From: Eledone cirrhosa | Taxonomy: Eukaryota | Length of the DNA stretch: 64,000 nucleotides | Assembly: GCA_964016885.1 (NCBI GenBank) | Contig: OZ024747.1 | Location: 60,698,001 to 60,762,000, forward strand | Reading direction: 5' to 3' | Part shown: positions 50,023 to 63,174 of the stretch, one piece after another | Layout of the letters: each line of letters starts with the position of its first letter | Position numbering within the stretch: position 1 is the stretch's first letter | Translations under genes and position numbers: made by a program | Notes under the pieces: generated by a model | Databases searched by the model: none | Told to the model about the DNA's origin: nothing | What the model saw: the letters and a program-made list of their open reading frames with translations, nothing else

Positions 50023-50211
50023 AATTGTTTCTACTTTTGGCACAAGGCCAGCAAATACCCAGTGCATTACTGGTACTTTATTTTATCGACCCCGTAAGGA
50101 TGAAAGGCAAAGTTAACCTCGGCGGGATTTGAACTCAGAATGGCAAGGGCCGTAACTCTATGCTGCAAAGCATGGCGTCTGACCCTCTACCGATACTGCC
50201 AATCCACCGCC
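50023..50211 (-). mobile_element. SINE family A with TSD
   Basis: GATTAGGTTTATAATAAT at 50008 and 50212. Confidence 0.9.
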
Positions 50212-50239
50212 GATTAGGTTTATAATAATAATAGTTTAT

Positions 50240-50847
50240 TCATCTCTCTCTCTCTCTCTCACTCTCTCTCACTCTCTCTCGCTCGCTCACTCTCTCTCTC
50301 TCTCTCACTCTCTCTCGCTCGCTCACTCTCTCTCGCTCTCTCTCTCTTGCTCTCTCTCTCTCTCTTGCTCTCACTCTCTCTCTCTCTCTCTTGCTCTCAC
50401 TCTCTCTCGCTCTCTCTCTCTCTCTCACTCTCTCTCTCTCTCTCTCACTCTCTCTCTCTCGCTCTCTCTCTCTCTCGCTCTCTCTCTCTCTCTCGCTCGC
50501 TCTCTCTCTCTCACTCTCTCTCACTTTCTCTCTCTCACTCGCTCACTCTCGCTCGCTCACTCTCTCTCGCTCTCTCTCTCTTGCTCTCTCTCTCTCTCTC
50601 TCTCTTGCTCTCTCTCTCTCACTCTCTCTCTCTCTCTCTCTTGCTCTCTCTCTCTCACTCTCTCTCTCTCACTCTCTCTCGCTCTCGCTCTCGCTCTCTC
50701 TCTCACTCTCTCTCGCTCTCGCTCTCGCTCTCTCTCGCTCTCTCTCGCTCTCTCTCTGCTCTCTCTCGCTCTCTCTCGCTCTCACTCTCTCTCGCTCTCT
50801 CTCGCTCTCTCTCGCTCTCTCTCTCTCTTGCTCGCTCGCTCTCTCTC

Positions 50848-50880
<33 letters not shown>
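50240..50880. repeat. (TC)n microsatellite with TCGC/TCAC variants
   Basis: Directly visible. Confidence 0.95.
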
Positions 50881-50899
<19 letters not shown>

Positions 50900-51159
50900 C
50901 ACATATATATATCACTTGGTTTCTCACTGTCTCTCAATTTATCTCTCCAACTTTCTCTCACTTACTATTTCTCTCTCTCCATCTTTCCCTCTTTCCCTCT
51001 TTTCATTTCTCTACCTCTCCATCTTTCTCTCTATCTTTCTCTTTATCTCTCCATCTTTCTCTCTACCTCTTTATCTCTCTCTTTATCTCTCTATCTATAG
51101 TCCTTAGAGGCCATAAATAATACCCAGCAATACAAAACAGACTTCCCTCAAAACACCTA

Positions 51160-51910
51160 AACAATGCAACAACAATACCAATAACAACAACAATACAACA
51201 CAATTACCACCACCAACAACAACAGCACCACAACTACCACCAACACCACTACCATGAACACCACCATCAACAATAGCACCACCAATACCACTACTACCAC
51301 CAACTCAACCACCACCACCACCGCCACCACCACTACCAACAACAACAACAGCACCACCACCACCACCACCACCAACACCACCACCACCACTACCACCAAC
51401 AATAGAACCACCACCACCACCAAAAACACCATGACTACCACCAATACCACTACAACCACCAACTCAACCACCATAACCAACACCACCACTACCACCAACA
51501 ATAGCATCACCACCATCACCACCAAAAACACCATGAATTATACCAACACCACCAACACATCCACCACCACCAACACATCCACCACCACCAACACCACCAA
51601 CACCACCAACACCACCAACACCACCAACACCACCAACAACAGCACCACCACAAACACCATGACTACCACCAACTCAACCACCACCACCACCACCACCTCC
51701 ACCAACACCACCACCACCATCGCCACCAAAAACACCATGACTAATACCAACACCACCAACTCAACCACCACCACAACCACCACCACCAACACCACCACTA
51801 CCACCACCATCACCACCACAAACACCATGAATACCACCAACACCACCACCACCACCAACACCACAACCACCACCAACACCACAACCACCACCACCACCAC
51901 CACCACCATT
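51160..51910. repeat. (ACC)n/(AAC)n compound trinucleotide repeat
   Basis: Directly visible. Confidence 0.9.
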
Positions 51911-53131
51911 TCTCTACATCCTCATTTTATTTCTTGTTTGCTGTTTCCTATTAATTATCTTGTAGCTTAACTAATGAGTTATGAATTCAGTGTTTTCACT
52001 TGGTTATATCATTAACTGCTATATATAGAGAGATTTGAAAATATGGTGGCCACAGTGCAGATAACTATAATAATAGTTGAATAAATTGGTAAAGTACCCA
52101 TGGAGACAGGGCCGGGTTTAATTGGGAGGAGTGCATCTCGTCTAAAGAAGAAACCCAGTGTAGTGGAGTGGCTGCTACATTAAATGTCACTGGCTGTTCT
52201 CAGGGCCATATTTAATGGGGAGCAAAGGGGTCAATTGCCCCAAGCCCTCTGCAGGGGGGGGGGGGGGTCATCCGCCAGTGTCAGCCGTAGCAATTTATGT
52301 GCCCCTCAGTTGGGCTTTTTAGTTTTAGGATGGTGAGAATTTTTGAATTTAATACCTGTATGTATAACTTCTCAATTCCAATTACTTGCACCAAGCTGTC
52401 TTTGATATTAAAATTGGGGGGTGGGGTGCTGTGTTTTCTAATATTTTCTGTATAAGCGCCCCTCCCCCCAAAAAAAATTTTTTTAAATAAAATAACTGAT
52501 GAGCCCTGGGCCCTCTAATGTCTAAATCCGAACCTGCATGGAGATGGAAAAAGATGGAGAATGACAGCTGTGAAGAAGTGAACCACATATTTCTCATATG
52601 CCCAACATACAAGATGTACATGGCTTAATTCCCTGCAGATTTCTCTCTCTCTCTCTCTCTCTTTTTTTTTTCTCTCTCTCTCTCTCTCCCACTCTCTCAC
52701 TCTCCCTATCTCTAATGTGGGATGACATGTCGTCTACAATATGACATATTTCAACTCTTCATGAAGTACACCTATGTCAGGTCAGACCACCAACTCATAC
52801 CAAATTTTCCTGGGCCTCCTTCTTCCTCAGTTCCCTTGACCCTTGATTGACCAACGATTAACAATATACATATATATATATATATATATATAGTCTATCA
52901 AATTTCTTTCATCACGTACCTGTGACATTATCAGTGGTATTATTACCAGTAATACACTGGGTAATTGCTGGCCTTGTGCCTAACATAGAAAACAATTATT
53001 ATGACTATTATAACCGTTGGTCAATCAATGATAAACATTGATTGCCAGCTAAATTAACTATGGAGATATAAAATATACAAAAAAGAAAACCAATCCAAAC
53101 CAAACAGTGAGTGTGTTTTATTATTATTTCT

Positions 53132-53325
53132 GGCAGTGGATTGGCAGTATCGGTAAAGGATCGAATGTCATGCTTTGATGCATAGAGTTACGGCCCTTGC
53201 CATTCTGAGTTCAAATCCCGCCGAGGTTAACTTTGCCTTTCATCCTTATGGGGTCGATAAAATAAAGTACCAGTAATGCACTGAGTAATTGCTGGCCTTG
53301 TGCCAAAAGTAGAAATAATTATTAT
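53132..53325 (+). mobile_element. SINE family A with TSD
   Basis: TTATTATTTCTGGCA on both sides. Confidence 0.85.
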
Positions 53326-54110
53326 TTCTGGCAATATTATAACAATATGACCCTCTCCAAATATAACAATATGACCCTCTCCAAATATAACAATGATGAT
53401 TTTTTTAATATATATGTATATATATATATGATTTCATATACATATATGTATGATTTCATATATATATATATATGTGTGTGTGTATGTGTATGTGTGTATG
53501 TGTATGAGTCTTTTTGTGTGTGTGGGTATTTCAATAGATGTGTCTAAGCTGGATATGCATATGTATCTGTATATATGTGTATGTGTCTCTCAGTATATAT
53601 GTGTGTGCGTGTGTGTACTTAATAGGAAATAAAGGGTAAGCAACACTTCTGTAGTTTGAAATAAGGGGGGAGGGATTCATTTCTGCCCCCACTCCCCATT
53701 ACTCCCAAAATAATTGTATTATGGAAGACTTACAGGTTTCCAGCTTCGGTTTGAATAAGGATCTGAAATATGAGTGTGTGTGTGAGAGAGAGAGATATGT
53801 ATGTATGTGTGTGTGTGTGTGAGAGAGAGAGATGTATGTACATGTGTGTGTGTCTGTGTGAGAGAGAGATATGTATGTACATGTGTGTGTGTGTGAGAAA
53901 TATGTATGTATGTATGTATGTATGTGTGTGAGATATGTGTGTGTATGTGTGAGAGATATGTATCTTATGTATGTTTGTGTGAGTGATATATATATGTGTG
54001 TTGTGTGTGTGTAAGTGATATATATATATATATGTGTGTGTGTGTATGTGTATAATGTGTGTGTAAGAGAGGATGGGAATATGTGTATGAAACATGCATA
54101 TGTATGAAAG

Positions 54111-54144
<34 letters not shown>

Positions 54145-54264
54145 AAGGAATGAGAGCTGAAACAGATGGAGGATGACTGTATCTGCCTGTTATTATAGTC
54201 CAACAATGGTCAAGATTAGTCACATGACTACAGGACTATAACTGGTTATGTAAACTGTAATTTA

Positions 54265-55410
54265 TGAAGGAAGATTATGACCATCTGTTACAGTGGTCAG
54301 ATAATAACCAAGGCTAATGTCTCAACCATGTGGCCACAACTGATTATGAAAGCAGTAATTTATGTAGGAAGATTATGACCATCTGCTACAGTGGTCAGAT
54401 AATAACCAAGGCTAATGTCTCAACCATGTGGCCACAACTGATTATGAAAGCTGTAATTTATGTAGGAAGATTATGACCATCTGCTACAGTGGTCAGATAA
54501 TAACCAAGGCTAATGTCTCAACCATGTGGCCACAACTGATTATGAAAGCTGTAATTTATGTAGGAAGATTATGACCATCTGCTACAGTGGTCAGATAATA
54601 ACCAAGGCTAATGTCTCAACCATGTGGCCACAACTGATTATGAAAGCTGTAATTTATGTAGGAAGATTATGACCATCTGCTACAGTGGTCAGATAATAAC
54701 CAAGGTTAATGTCTCAACCGTGTGGCCACAAGTGATTATGAAAGCTGTAATAGATGTAGGAAGATTATGACCATCTGTTACAGTGGTCAGATAATAACCA
54801 AGTGTCTCAACCATGTGGCCACAACTGATTATGAAAGCTGTAATTTATGTAGGAAGATTATGACCATCTGCTACAGTGGTCAGATAATAACCAAGGCTAA
54901 TGTCTCAACCGTGTGGCCACAACTGATTATGAAAGCTGTAATAGATGTAGGAAGATTATGACCATCTGCTACAGTGGTCAGATAATAACCAAGGTTAATG
55001 TCTCAACCATGTGGCCACAAGTGATTAATTTATGTAGGAAGATTATGACCATCTGCTACAGTGGTCAGATAATAACCAAGGTTAATGTCTCAACCATGTG
55101 GCCACAAGTGATTAATTTATGTAGGAAGATTATGACCATCTGCTACAGTGGTCAGATAATAACCAAGGTTAATGTCTCAACCATGTGGCCACAAGTGATT
55201 AATTTATGTAGGAAGATTATGACCATCTGCTACAGTGGTCAGATAATAACCAAGGTTAATGTCTCAACCATGTGGCCACAAGTGATTAATTTATGTAGGA
55301 AGATTATGACCATCTGCTACAGTGGTCAGATAATAACCAAGGCTAATGTCTCAACCATGTGGCCACAACTGATTATGAAAGCTGTAATTTATGTAGGAAG
55401 ATTATGACCA
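54265..55410. repeat. 98-bp minisatellite (about 12 units) with a block of 87-bp deletion variants
   Basis: atgaccatctgctacagtggtcagataataacc... at 54375, 54473 and 54571 (98-bp period), with an 87-bp period from about 54960 to 55310. Confidence 0.95.
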
Positions 55411-56339
55411 TCTGCTGCTGCACTTCAACAATAATAACAGTGATATATAAGAGTGTTACCATCAAACAACACAGCACAGCAAATATTAATAGAATAGGAA
55501 GAACCCCATCGAGTTATGTCACAAAGACATTTATATAATAAATCACAAGCAGACTTCTCTGTGGTATTATCTCATCAATATTGAATCAGTAGAATTTTTT
55601 TGTTTTAGTTTTTTGGGGGTGGGGGGTGGGGTGGGGTGCTTTTCCATGGCAATCCTTGACATTCTCACCAAGTTTGTATATATTGAATAAAAGATAACAT
55701 TGCAGTGTTTCTAATGTATTGATATTTGACCTACTGTTGCTATTGAACAAAGAATTCTTCAAATGTTGTAGTTGAGAGAGAGAGACAGAGAGAAATGGAG
55801 AGGGGGGGGGGGTAGAAGAAGAGTGAGGGAGAGACATTGCTGTTTAAGTGCATGCATAATGGCTGTGTAGAGAAGTTCCATTCACAGCCATGTAGTCAAT
55901 TCAAGAGTTTTATTCATTATGGCTGATTAGTTGAAAGAGAGAGAGAGGGGGGAGGAGAGGAGAGAGAGAGTGAGAGAGAGAAACATTGATGTATAGATGC
56001 ATGCATGGCTCTGTGGAGAAGACGTTCCATTCAAAACCATGTAGTCATTTAAGGACAGTATTATTCATAATGGCTGATTCAGCTAAAAGCTAGTTGCCCT
56101 ACAGAAACCAGAGACTCATCAATGGTTTTTTGCTGTAATGGTTTGAAAGATTGTTTTATAATTTAGGCACAAGGCCAGTAGATTCGGCGGCAAGAGCAAA
56201 GATGATGGAAAATCAACTCCAGTATTTAACTGGTACTTTATTTTCTTGATGAAAGGCAAAGTTCAGCTTAGAGAGACTTGAATACAGAATGTATAGAGCT
56301 AGAACAAAATCTCACAGTGGCATTTTATCTTATCTTTAA

Positions 56340-56558
56340 CCCTTTAGCATTTAAACCGACCATATCCAGCCAGAATTATCTCACCTTTTTCTGTTCGAAC
56401 AGGCCATAACCAGCTGCTCATACTTATGTTAAGGTATTGTTCTCAAAATAAATAATATCAACATTTCATAGCTTCGATATTATGTGAGATAATTTATAGA
56501 TAAAGCCTTTACTACAAAAATACAATAGTATATATATAGTAATGTAAATGTTAAAGGG
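56340..56558 (+). mobile_element. TTAA/piggyBac-type MITE, complete
   Basis: TTAA|CCCTTTAGCATTTA ... TAAATGTTAAAGGG|TTAA: 14-bp TIR with one mismatch and a TTAA TSD. Confidence 0.85.
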
Positions 56559-56689
56559 TTAACCAGTTTGACAAACCTACTACTTTTACTGGAGTGAAAA
56601 ATTGATGTATTAGTAAGGGTCTGAAACACTTGAAAGCCTAGGGGCCCAGCTATGGGTTACTATAGTCAGTAGAGCATGGGAAAACATGC

Positions 56690-56885
56690 TTGTGGTACCG
56701 AGTTATGGCCCTTTACGTTCTGAGTTCAAATCCTACTGAGGTTAGCTTTGCCTTTCATCCGTACGGAGTCGATAAAATAAAGTACCAGTAATGCACTGGG
56801 TCAATTTAATCCACTCCCCCCCCCCACACACACACAAATTGCTGGCCTTGTGCTTAAATCAGAAACTATTATCATTATTATTATT
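56690..56885 (+). mobile_element. SINE family A
   Basis: B-box, core and (ATT)n tail are present. Confidence 0.8.
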
Positions 56886-56910
56886 ATTAATGATAATAGT
56901 TTCTGATTTA

Positions 56911-57198
56911 AGCCCGAGTGAATGGGCCTACTCTGAGTATATATCTGTAAATTAAAGGTGGAAAACTGGGAGAGGGCACTTGCCTTGGTGGTCAGGGTCA
57001 TTGTGGCTTTTTACTGGGCTTTCTCCACAAATGTCCCTCCGAAGTCTGCCCTCTATTGGGGAATTTTTCATTGTTATTTTTGTTACATCCTCTGTTTTTT
57101 GTTTTTTACACGCAGAAATGCCCATTTGTACCGTCCTGCATTGTCCTGCACTGTCCTTAATGTCTACTTTATGTAAACCCTTGTGGTTAATAAAGAAA
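56911..57198 (+). mobile_element. 3' end of a related Tx1-clade LINE
   Basis: GCCCGAGTGAATGGGCCT (ARVNGP) matches the ORF2 end of copies 1-3. The UTR contains CTATTGGGGA and ends TTGTGG.TAATAAAGAAA. Confidence 0.75.
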
Positions 57199-57223
57199 TC
57201 ATTATTATTATTATTAATAATAA

Positions 57224-57570
57224 CGTCCTTGCCATTCTGAGTTCAAATCGCGCCGAGGTTAACTTTGCCTTTCATCCTTACGGGGTCGATAAAATAAAGT
57301 ACCAGTAATGCACTGGGTAATTGCTGGCCTTGTGCCAAATGTAGAAACAATTATTATTATTATTATTATATGAGGGCAGTGGATTGGCAGTATCGGTGGA
57401 GGGTCGGACGCCATGCTTTTCCGCATAGAGTTACGGCCCTTTATGATCTGAGTTCAAATCCCGCCGAGGTTGACTTTGCCTTTCATCCTTACGGGGTCGA
57501 TAAAATAAAAGTACCAGTAATGCACTGGGTAATTGCACTGGGTAATGGCCTTGTGCCTAAAGTAGAAACA

Positions 57571-57605
<35 letters not shown>
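57224..57605 (+). mobile_element. Two tandem SINE family A copies
   Basis: A 5'-truncated copy followed by a full copy, each with an (ATT)n tail. Confidence 0.85.
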
Positions 57606-57606
<1 letters not shown>

Positions 57607-57695
57607 CACTCTGAACAGCTGGTTGCAGTTGCATTACTGCAGTATGGTAGAATCATTGAGTGAGCTAGACATTGACTAGGGACTGGTATGTGTGC

Positions 57696-57732
<37 letters not shown>

Positions 57733-57757
57733 ACATACACAAAAACACACGCACACA

Positions 57758-58040
57758 CAGAAGACTGCGCTGGTATGGACATGTGATGCACATGGAGGAT
57801 GACCGCTGGGTAAAGAAAATGCCAAGAAATGCCAGTAGAAGGAAGACACAGTAGAGGAAGACCATGAAAAACATGGGCGGAGGTGGTGAGAGCAGACCTC
57901 AGATCGTTGTAGCTCACAGAGGAGATGACGAAGGACCGTGACAAGTGGAGAGATGCTGTGCTGAATAGGACCCGTCCCACCCTTGCAAGCAGGGAAAAGT
58001 GGACATAAAAGGAGGATGATGATGATGATGATGATGATGA
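57758..58040 (+). mobile_element. RTE-clade LINE 3' fragment (family A)
   Basis: [20 protein letters not shown], with a (GAT)n tail. Confidence 0.85.
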
Positions 58041-58182
58041 TACACACATATACATGCACATGGATATATATTGCTGTATCATGTTAATCAAGGTAGTTTA
58101 TGTAAACCCATGTATGCATGAATGTATATATGGATATATGTATATATGTCTGGCTGTATGTATTTATATATATATATATGTA

Positions 58183-58593
58183 GGGAGAGATGACCCCTAA
58201 GCCTTTGTCAAGGCAGAATTCTAGGAGAAGGAAAACTCTGATATAACACCTGCAACTCTGATGGTATCCAATGATGTTGACTTATTCTTCTTTTTGGTAA
58301 ATATCATCTTGGTTAAGAGAGTGGGACTAGCTTTGTGCAGTGCCTTTGCTCACTATAAAAGCTTCACGGCACAGGCATTGCTTTATATCTGGAGATCTCT
58401 CTGCACTTGTCGTCACATGCTACCATGGGCCCAGCACTATGTGTCAGTAATTGTCACAAGTGTAGTGTTTGTACCAGAGTTTTCAAGTCGCTGGCTGGAC
58501 TAAAAAGTCACACTCGTTCAGCGCATCGGTAGGGGTTCTCCTACATGGATATAAAGTAGTGGTGGTACTTGAAAACGAGTTGGCAGCCACCAT
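58183..58593 (+). repeat. Second copy of the unclassified repeat at 21520-21885
   Basis: Near-identical, with about 40 bp extra at about 58480-58522. Confidence 0.8.
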
Positions 58594-59120
58594 GTTTGTA
58601 TGTATGTATTTGTGTTTTTGTATATAGGTATGTACGTATTTATGTTTGTATGGATGTATGGATGTATGTATTTATATATGTATGTATATATGTACGTACG
58701 TTTGTATATACATATGTATTTGTGTTTTTGTATATAGGTATGTATTTGTTTGTATGTATGTTTGTTTGTTTGTATGTATGTATGTATTTATGTATGTGTG
58801 TGTATATATGTGTAGGAGGGGTGTATCCACTTAACATATTTCTCTACACATCATTAATTACTGCAATATCAGCAAGAATTTGTTTGTTTTCATCTAAATT
58901 ATTTAAGCCACTTTATTAGATTATCCCTTTGGCAAAAACTTCAAACTAAACCCATTAATCTGAGCTGTTAATCAGCCCCTTTGTATATGTATGCCTGTAT
59001 ATGTATGTATATGTATGTATGTATATCTGCATCTGTGTGCATGTGTGTTTGTGTTCTGTGTTTTTGTGTGCAGATATTGATGTGCTGCCATATATATATA
59101 TGTATATATATATATATTTT

Positions 59121-59157
<37 letters not shown>

Positions 59158-59173
59158 TTTTTATATATATATT

Positions 59174-59204
<31 letters not shown>

Positions 59205-59349
59205 ATATATTTATTTATATATATATATATATATATAAATATATTTACACACACTCACATATATATACACATATACATGAGCGTTAACCTAATATATTCT
59301 TTCCATATGCTGTACCGATTTTGTTGTTATTTCTGTTTACCCTTTACAT

Positions 59350-59471
59350 ACATATATATATTTAAATATACATATTTATACACACACACATATATATATA
59401 TATATATTTAAATATACATATTTATACACACACACATATATATATATATATATTTAAATATACATATTTAT

Positions 59472-59532
<61 letters not shown>

Positions 59533-59547
59533 AATATACATATTTAT

Positions 59548-59592
<45 letters not shown>

Positions 59593-59879
59593 AATATACA
59601 TATTTATACACACACACATATATATATATATTTAAATATACATGTTTATACACACACACATATATATATATTTAAATATACATATTTATACACACACACA
59701 TATATATATATATATATTTAAATATACATATTTATACACACATACATATATATATATATTTATATATATAAATATACATATTTATACACACACACATATA
59801 TATATATATATATATTTAAATATACATATTTATACATACACACATATATATATATATATATTTAAATATACATATTTAT

Positions 59880-59922
<43 letters not shown>

Positions 59923-59985
59923 AATATACATATTTATACACACACACATATATATATATATATATATTTAAATATACATATTTAT

Positions 59986-60019
<34 letters not shown>

Positions 60020-60185
60020 TTAAATATACATATTTATACACACACACACATATATATATATATATATTTAAATATACATATTTATACACACACATATATA
60101 TATATATATATATTTAAATATACATATTTATACTCACACACATATATATATATATATATTTATATATATAAATATACATATTTAT

Positions 60186-60217
<32 letters not shown>

Positions 60218-60350
60218 TTAAATATACATATTTATACACACACACATATATATATATATATATATTTAAATATACATATTTATACACACATACATATATA
60301 TATATATATATTATATATATATATTTAAATATACATATTTATATACACAC
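59350..60350. repeat. Higher-order repeat of about 45-60 bp: TTTAAATATACATATTTATA(CA)n(TA)n
   Basis: About 19 units with variable microsatellite lengths. Confidence 0.9.
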
Positions 60351-60569
60351 ACACACATATATATATATACACAGACACATACACACCTGCCCTCCCCCCC
60401 GCCCCTGACACTTACCACACACGCACACATACACCCCCCCCCACACACACACACATATACATAGGTATGCAGATGTCTGTGCATGTGGATATGGAATGTT
60501 GGTGTGTGTAGTTGCTGATGTTAGTATATTTATGTATGCATATGTGTGTGTGTGTGTGTTGCCGCGCCA

Positions 60570-60840
60570 TCCAGGCCGAAACAAATGAGATCGTGTAGGT
60601 GTCACGACAAAAAAACACACAGTCCACGCTGTAATGTGGCCGTGTAGGCAACACGGTAAAAACCTCCCAGACCCACACTGTAAATGTGGTTGGTGTTAGG
60701 AAGGGCATCCAACTGTAGAAAACCTGCCAGACAGTCCTATGCGAGCAAGACAATCACTCTTGCCTCAAGTGGGACTACCCCCGTCCAAACCCATGCAAGC
60801 GTGGAACACGGACGTTAAACGTTGATGATGATGATGATGT
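60570..60840 (+). mobile_element. SINE-like family B (young subfamily)
   Basis: Reverse complement of 14250-14530. Confidence 0.8.
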
Positions 60841-60934
60841 GTTGCTCTATATGGATGGTTGTTTATATATATATATGTGTGTGTGTATGTATGTACCTTG
60901 GTCTTCCATTTGGTCTTCTACTTGTGATATATAA

Positions 60935-61152
60935 AAGAGATCTGGATAGAGAGGGCCTTTCCCTCCTTGAGGATGGTGAGGGAGAAGCATTGGAAAAGCC
61001 ATTCCAGCTCGCAAGGATCACACCTGCGAGTAGCCATCTTTGTGCCAATGATGGTGAGTAGGGAGGTGGTCCTAGTGCTAAGGACACCAGAGGTCTCCAA
61101 CTCCGTTCTGATGGTGGTGAGTAGGGAGACGGTGCTAGGGTCAAGGACACCT
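60935..61152 (-). pseudogene. Second CRE-clade RLE C-terminal fragment with an internal 63-bp duplication
   Basis: GVLDPSTVSLLTTIRTELETSGVLSTRTTSLLTIIGTKMATRRCDPCELEWLFQCFSL, homologous to 33710-33860. Confidence 0.75.
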
Positions 61153-61870
61153 GAGGAAGGAAGGGGTGATGACGTCACACACTAGAGATGATTGAGGAAG
61201 GAAGGGGTGATGACGTCACAGACTAGAGATGACTGAGGAAGGAAGGGGTGATGACGTCACACACTAGAGATGACTGAGGAAGGAAGGGGTGATGACGTCA
61301 CACACTAGAGATGACTGAGGAAGGAAGGGGTGATGACGTCACACACTAGAGATGACTGAGGAAGGAAGGGGTGATGACGTCACACACTAGAGATGACTGA
61401 GGAAGGAAGGGGTGATGACGTCACACACTAGAGATGACTGAGGAAGGAAGGGGTGATGACGTCACACACTAGAGATGACTGAGGAAGGAAGGGGTGATGA
61501 CGTCACACACTAGAGATGACTGAGGAAGGAAGGGGTGATGACGTCACACACTAGAGATGACTGAGGAAGGAAGGGGTGATGACGTCACACACTAGAGATG
61601 ACTGAGGAAGGAAGGGGTGATGACGTCACACACTAGAGATGACTGAGGAAGGAAGGGGTGATGACGTCACACACTAGAGATGATTGAGGAAGGAAGGGGT
61701 GATGACGTCACACACTAGAGATGATTGAGGAAGGAAGGGGTGATGACGTCACACACTAGAGATGATTGAGGAAGGAAGGGGTGATGACGTCACACACTAG
61801 AGATGATTGAGGAAGGGAGGGGTGATGACATCACACACTAAAGATGACAGGAAGGAAGGGGTGATGACAA
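61152..61870. repeat. 41-bp minisatellite (about 17.5 units) with TGACGTCA in 16 units
   Basis: Unit gaggaaggaaggggtgatgacgtcacacactagagatga(c/t)t. Confidence 0.95.
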
Positions 61871-62199
61871 ACTGCAGAAAACAGCATCTAACCTATGTGT
61901 CAGTGAGTGTGTATGTTTGTAAGTGTGTCTGTGTTTGCATGTTGATGATAATATATTCATACATGCGTCAGCATGTTGAAAAACTTCTAGTTTTATTAAA
62001 TTCCTCTAAATATTTGGTTACTTTCAAAATTAATGTAAACACATACGCAAAGTATTTTATTAGAAATATGGTAATGAAAGGGTTAAGAGAAGCATGCAAG
62101 AATGAAATGTATGAACAAGTCACAGTCATATGAGCTCTCAAGTCTCAGAATGTGACAAACCATCTTATTCACACAAGCATGAAAAATAGATGATAATAA

Positions 62200-62387
62200 T
62201 AATTGTTTCTACTTTTGGCACAAGGCCAGCAATTATCCCAGTGTATTACTGGTACTTTATTTTATCGACCCCCATAAGGATGAAAGGCAAAGTTAACCTC
62301 GGCGGGATTTGAACTCAGATCATAAAGGGAGGTAGCTCTATGCTTCAAAGCATGGCATCCGACCCTCTACCGATACTGCCAATCCAA
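62200..62387 (-). mobile_element. SINE family A
   Basis: Reverse complement of the family A consensus. Confidence 0.85.
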
Positions 62388-62734
62388 AGGGAACAGAGAA
62401 TCAGTGTTGTATCATATACATATTTAATTACATGTTACATATGTTTCACTGTCGATCAGCTCAAGGAATGATTAATTAATGATCGATCCTGACTCTAGAA
62501 TTGGAAGCTCCTTAGATATGTGTTAACATGTAAACTCTGCTCCCCACGAGCATCGGCTGCTCATATCAGCATACCGCCTATGGATGCAATTAATTTGCAC
62601 CTTTAATACCTATATATATGTAATATATATATATATATATATATATATCTTTTGCATATAACATATAATAGATGACTAAGGTTTAACAATTAATACAATA
62701 TTTATTTGAATTACATATGTTTCATATTTTAATA

Positions 62735-63025
62735 GACAATATGCCCCCATACACACACACTGCAAGGTGGTCGTGGAGGTGCCACGGCAAAAAAGCACCC
62801 AGCCCACACTGCAAAGTGGATGTGTAGGCGCCACGAAAAAGCATCCAGCACTCACTGTAAATGAGGTTGGTGTTAGGAAGGGCATCCAGCTGTAGAAATC
62901 AAGCCAAATCAGTTCCTGTATGAGCAAGGCATGGTCAGCCGACTAGACACTGCCCACAACAGGACAACCTGTCTAACCCATGCTAGCGTGGAAGAACGGA
63001 CGTAAAACGGTGATGATGATGATGT
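62735..63025 (+). mobile_element. SINE-like family B copy
   Basis: About two 48-bp units, the AGGAAGGGCATCCAGCTGTAGAAA core and a (GAT)n tail. Confidence 0.8.
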
Positions 63026-63174
63026 TTCATTCTTCCCCAAAGTATGTTATTTTCAATACCTTTGTAGGGAAATCATCAGAATCAATTATATATAATATAG
63101 AGAAGGTATTTATTTATTGACCGTATGTGTACACTGTCATCATTGAAGCATTACACAAACACACCTAGATATAT

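Noticed and set aside
51254-51970. Mucin-like poly-Thr/Asn ORF
   Set aside because: (ACC)n/(AAC)n repeat with no signal peptide or supporting exon structure; an exon cannot be fully excluded.
61152-61870. CTGAGGA in tandem units as a hammerhead core, or a CRISPR array
   Set aside because: No stem II or GAAA follows, and units are contiguous with no spacers.
63030-63090. Minus-strand CTGATGA...GAAA as a hammerhead
   Set aside because: Stem II is weak and there is no stem I or III closure.
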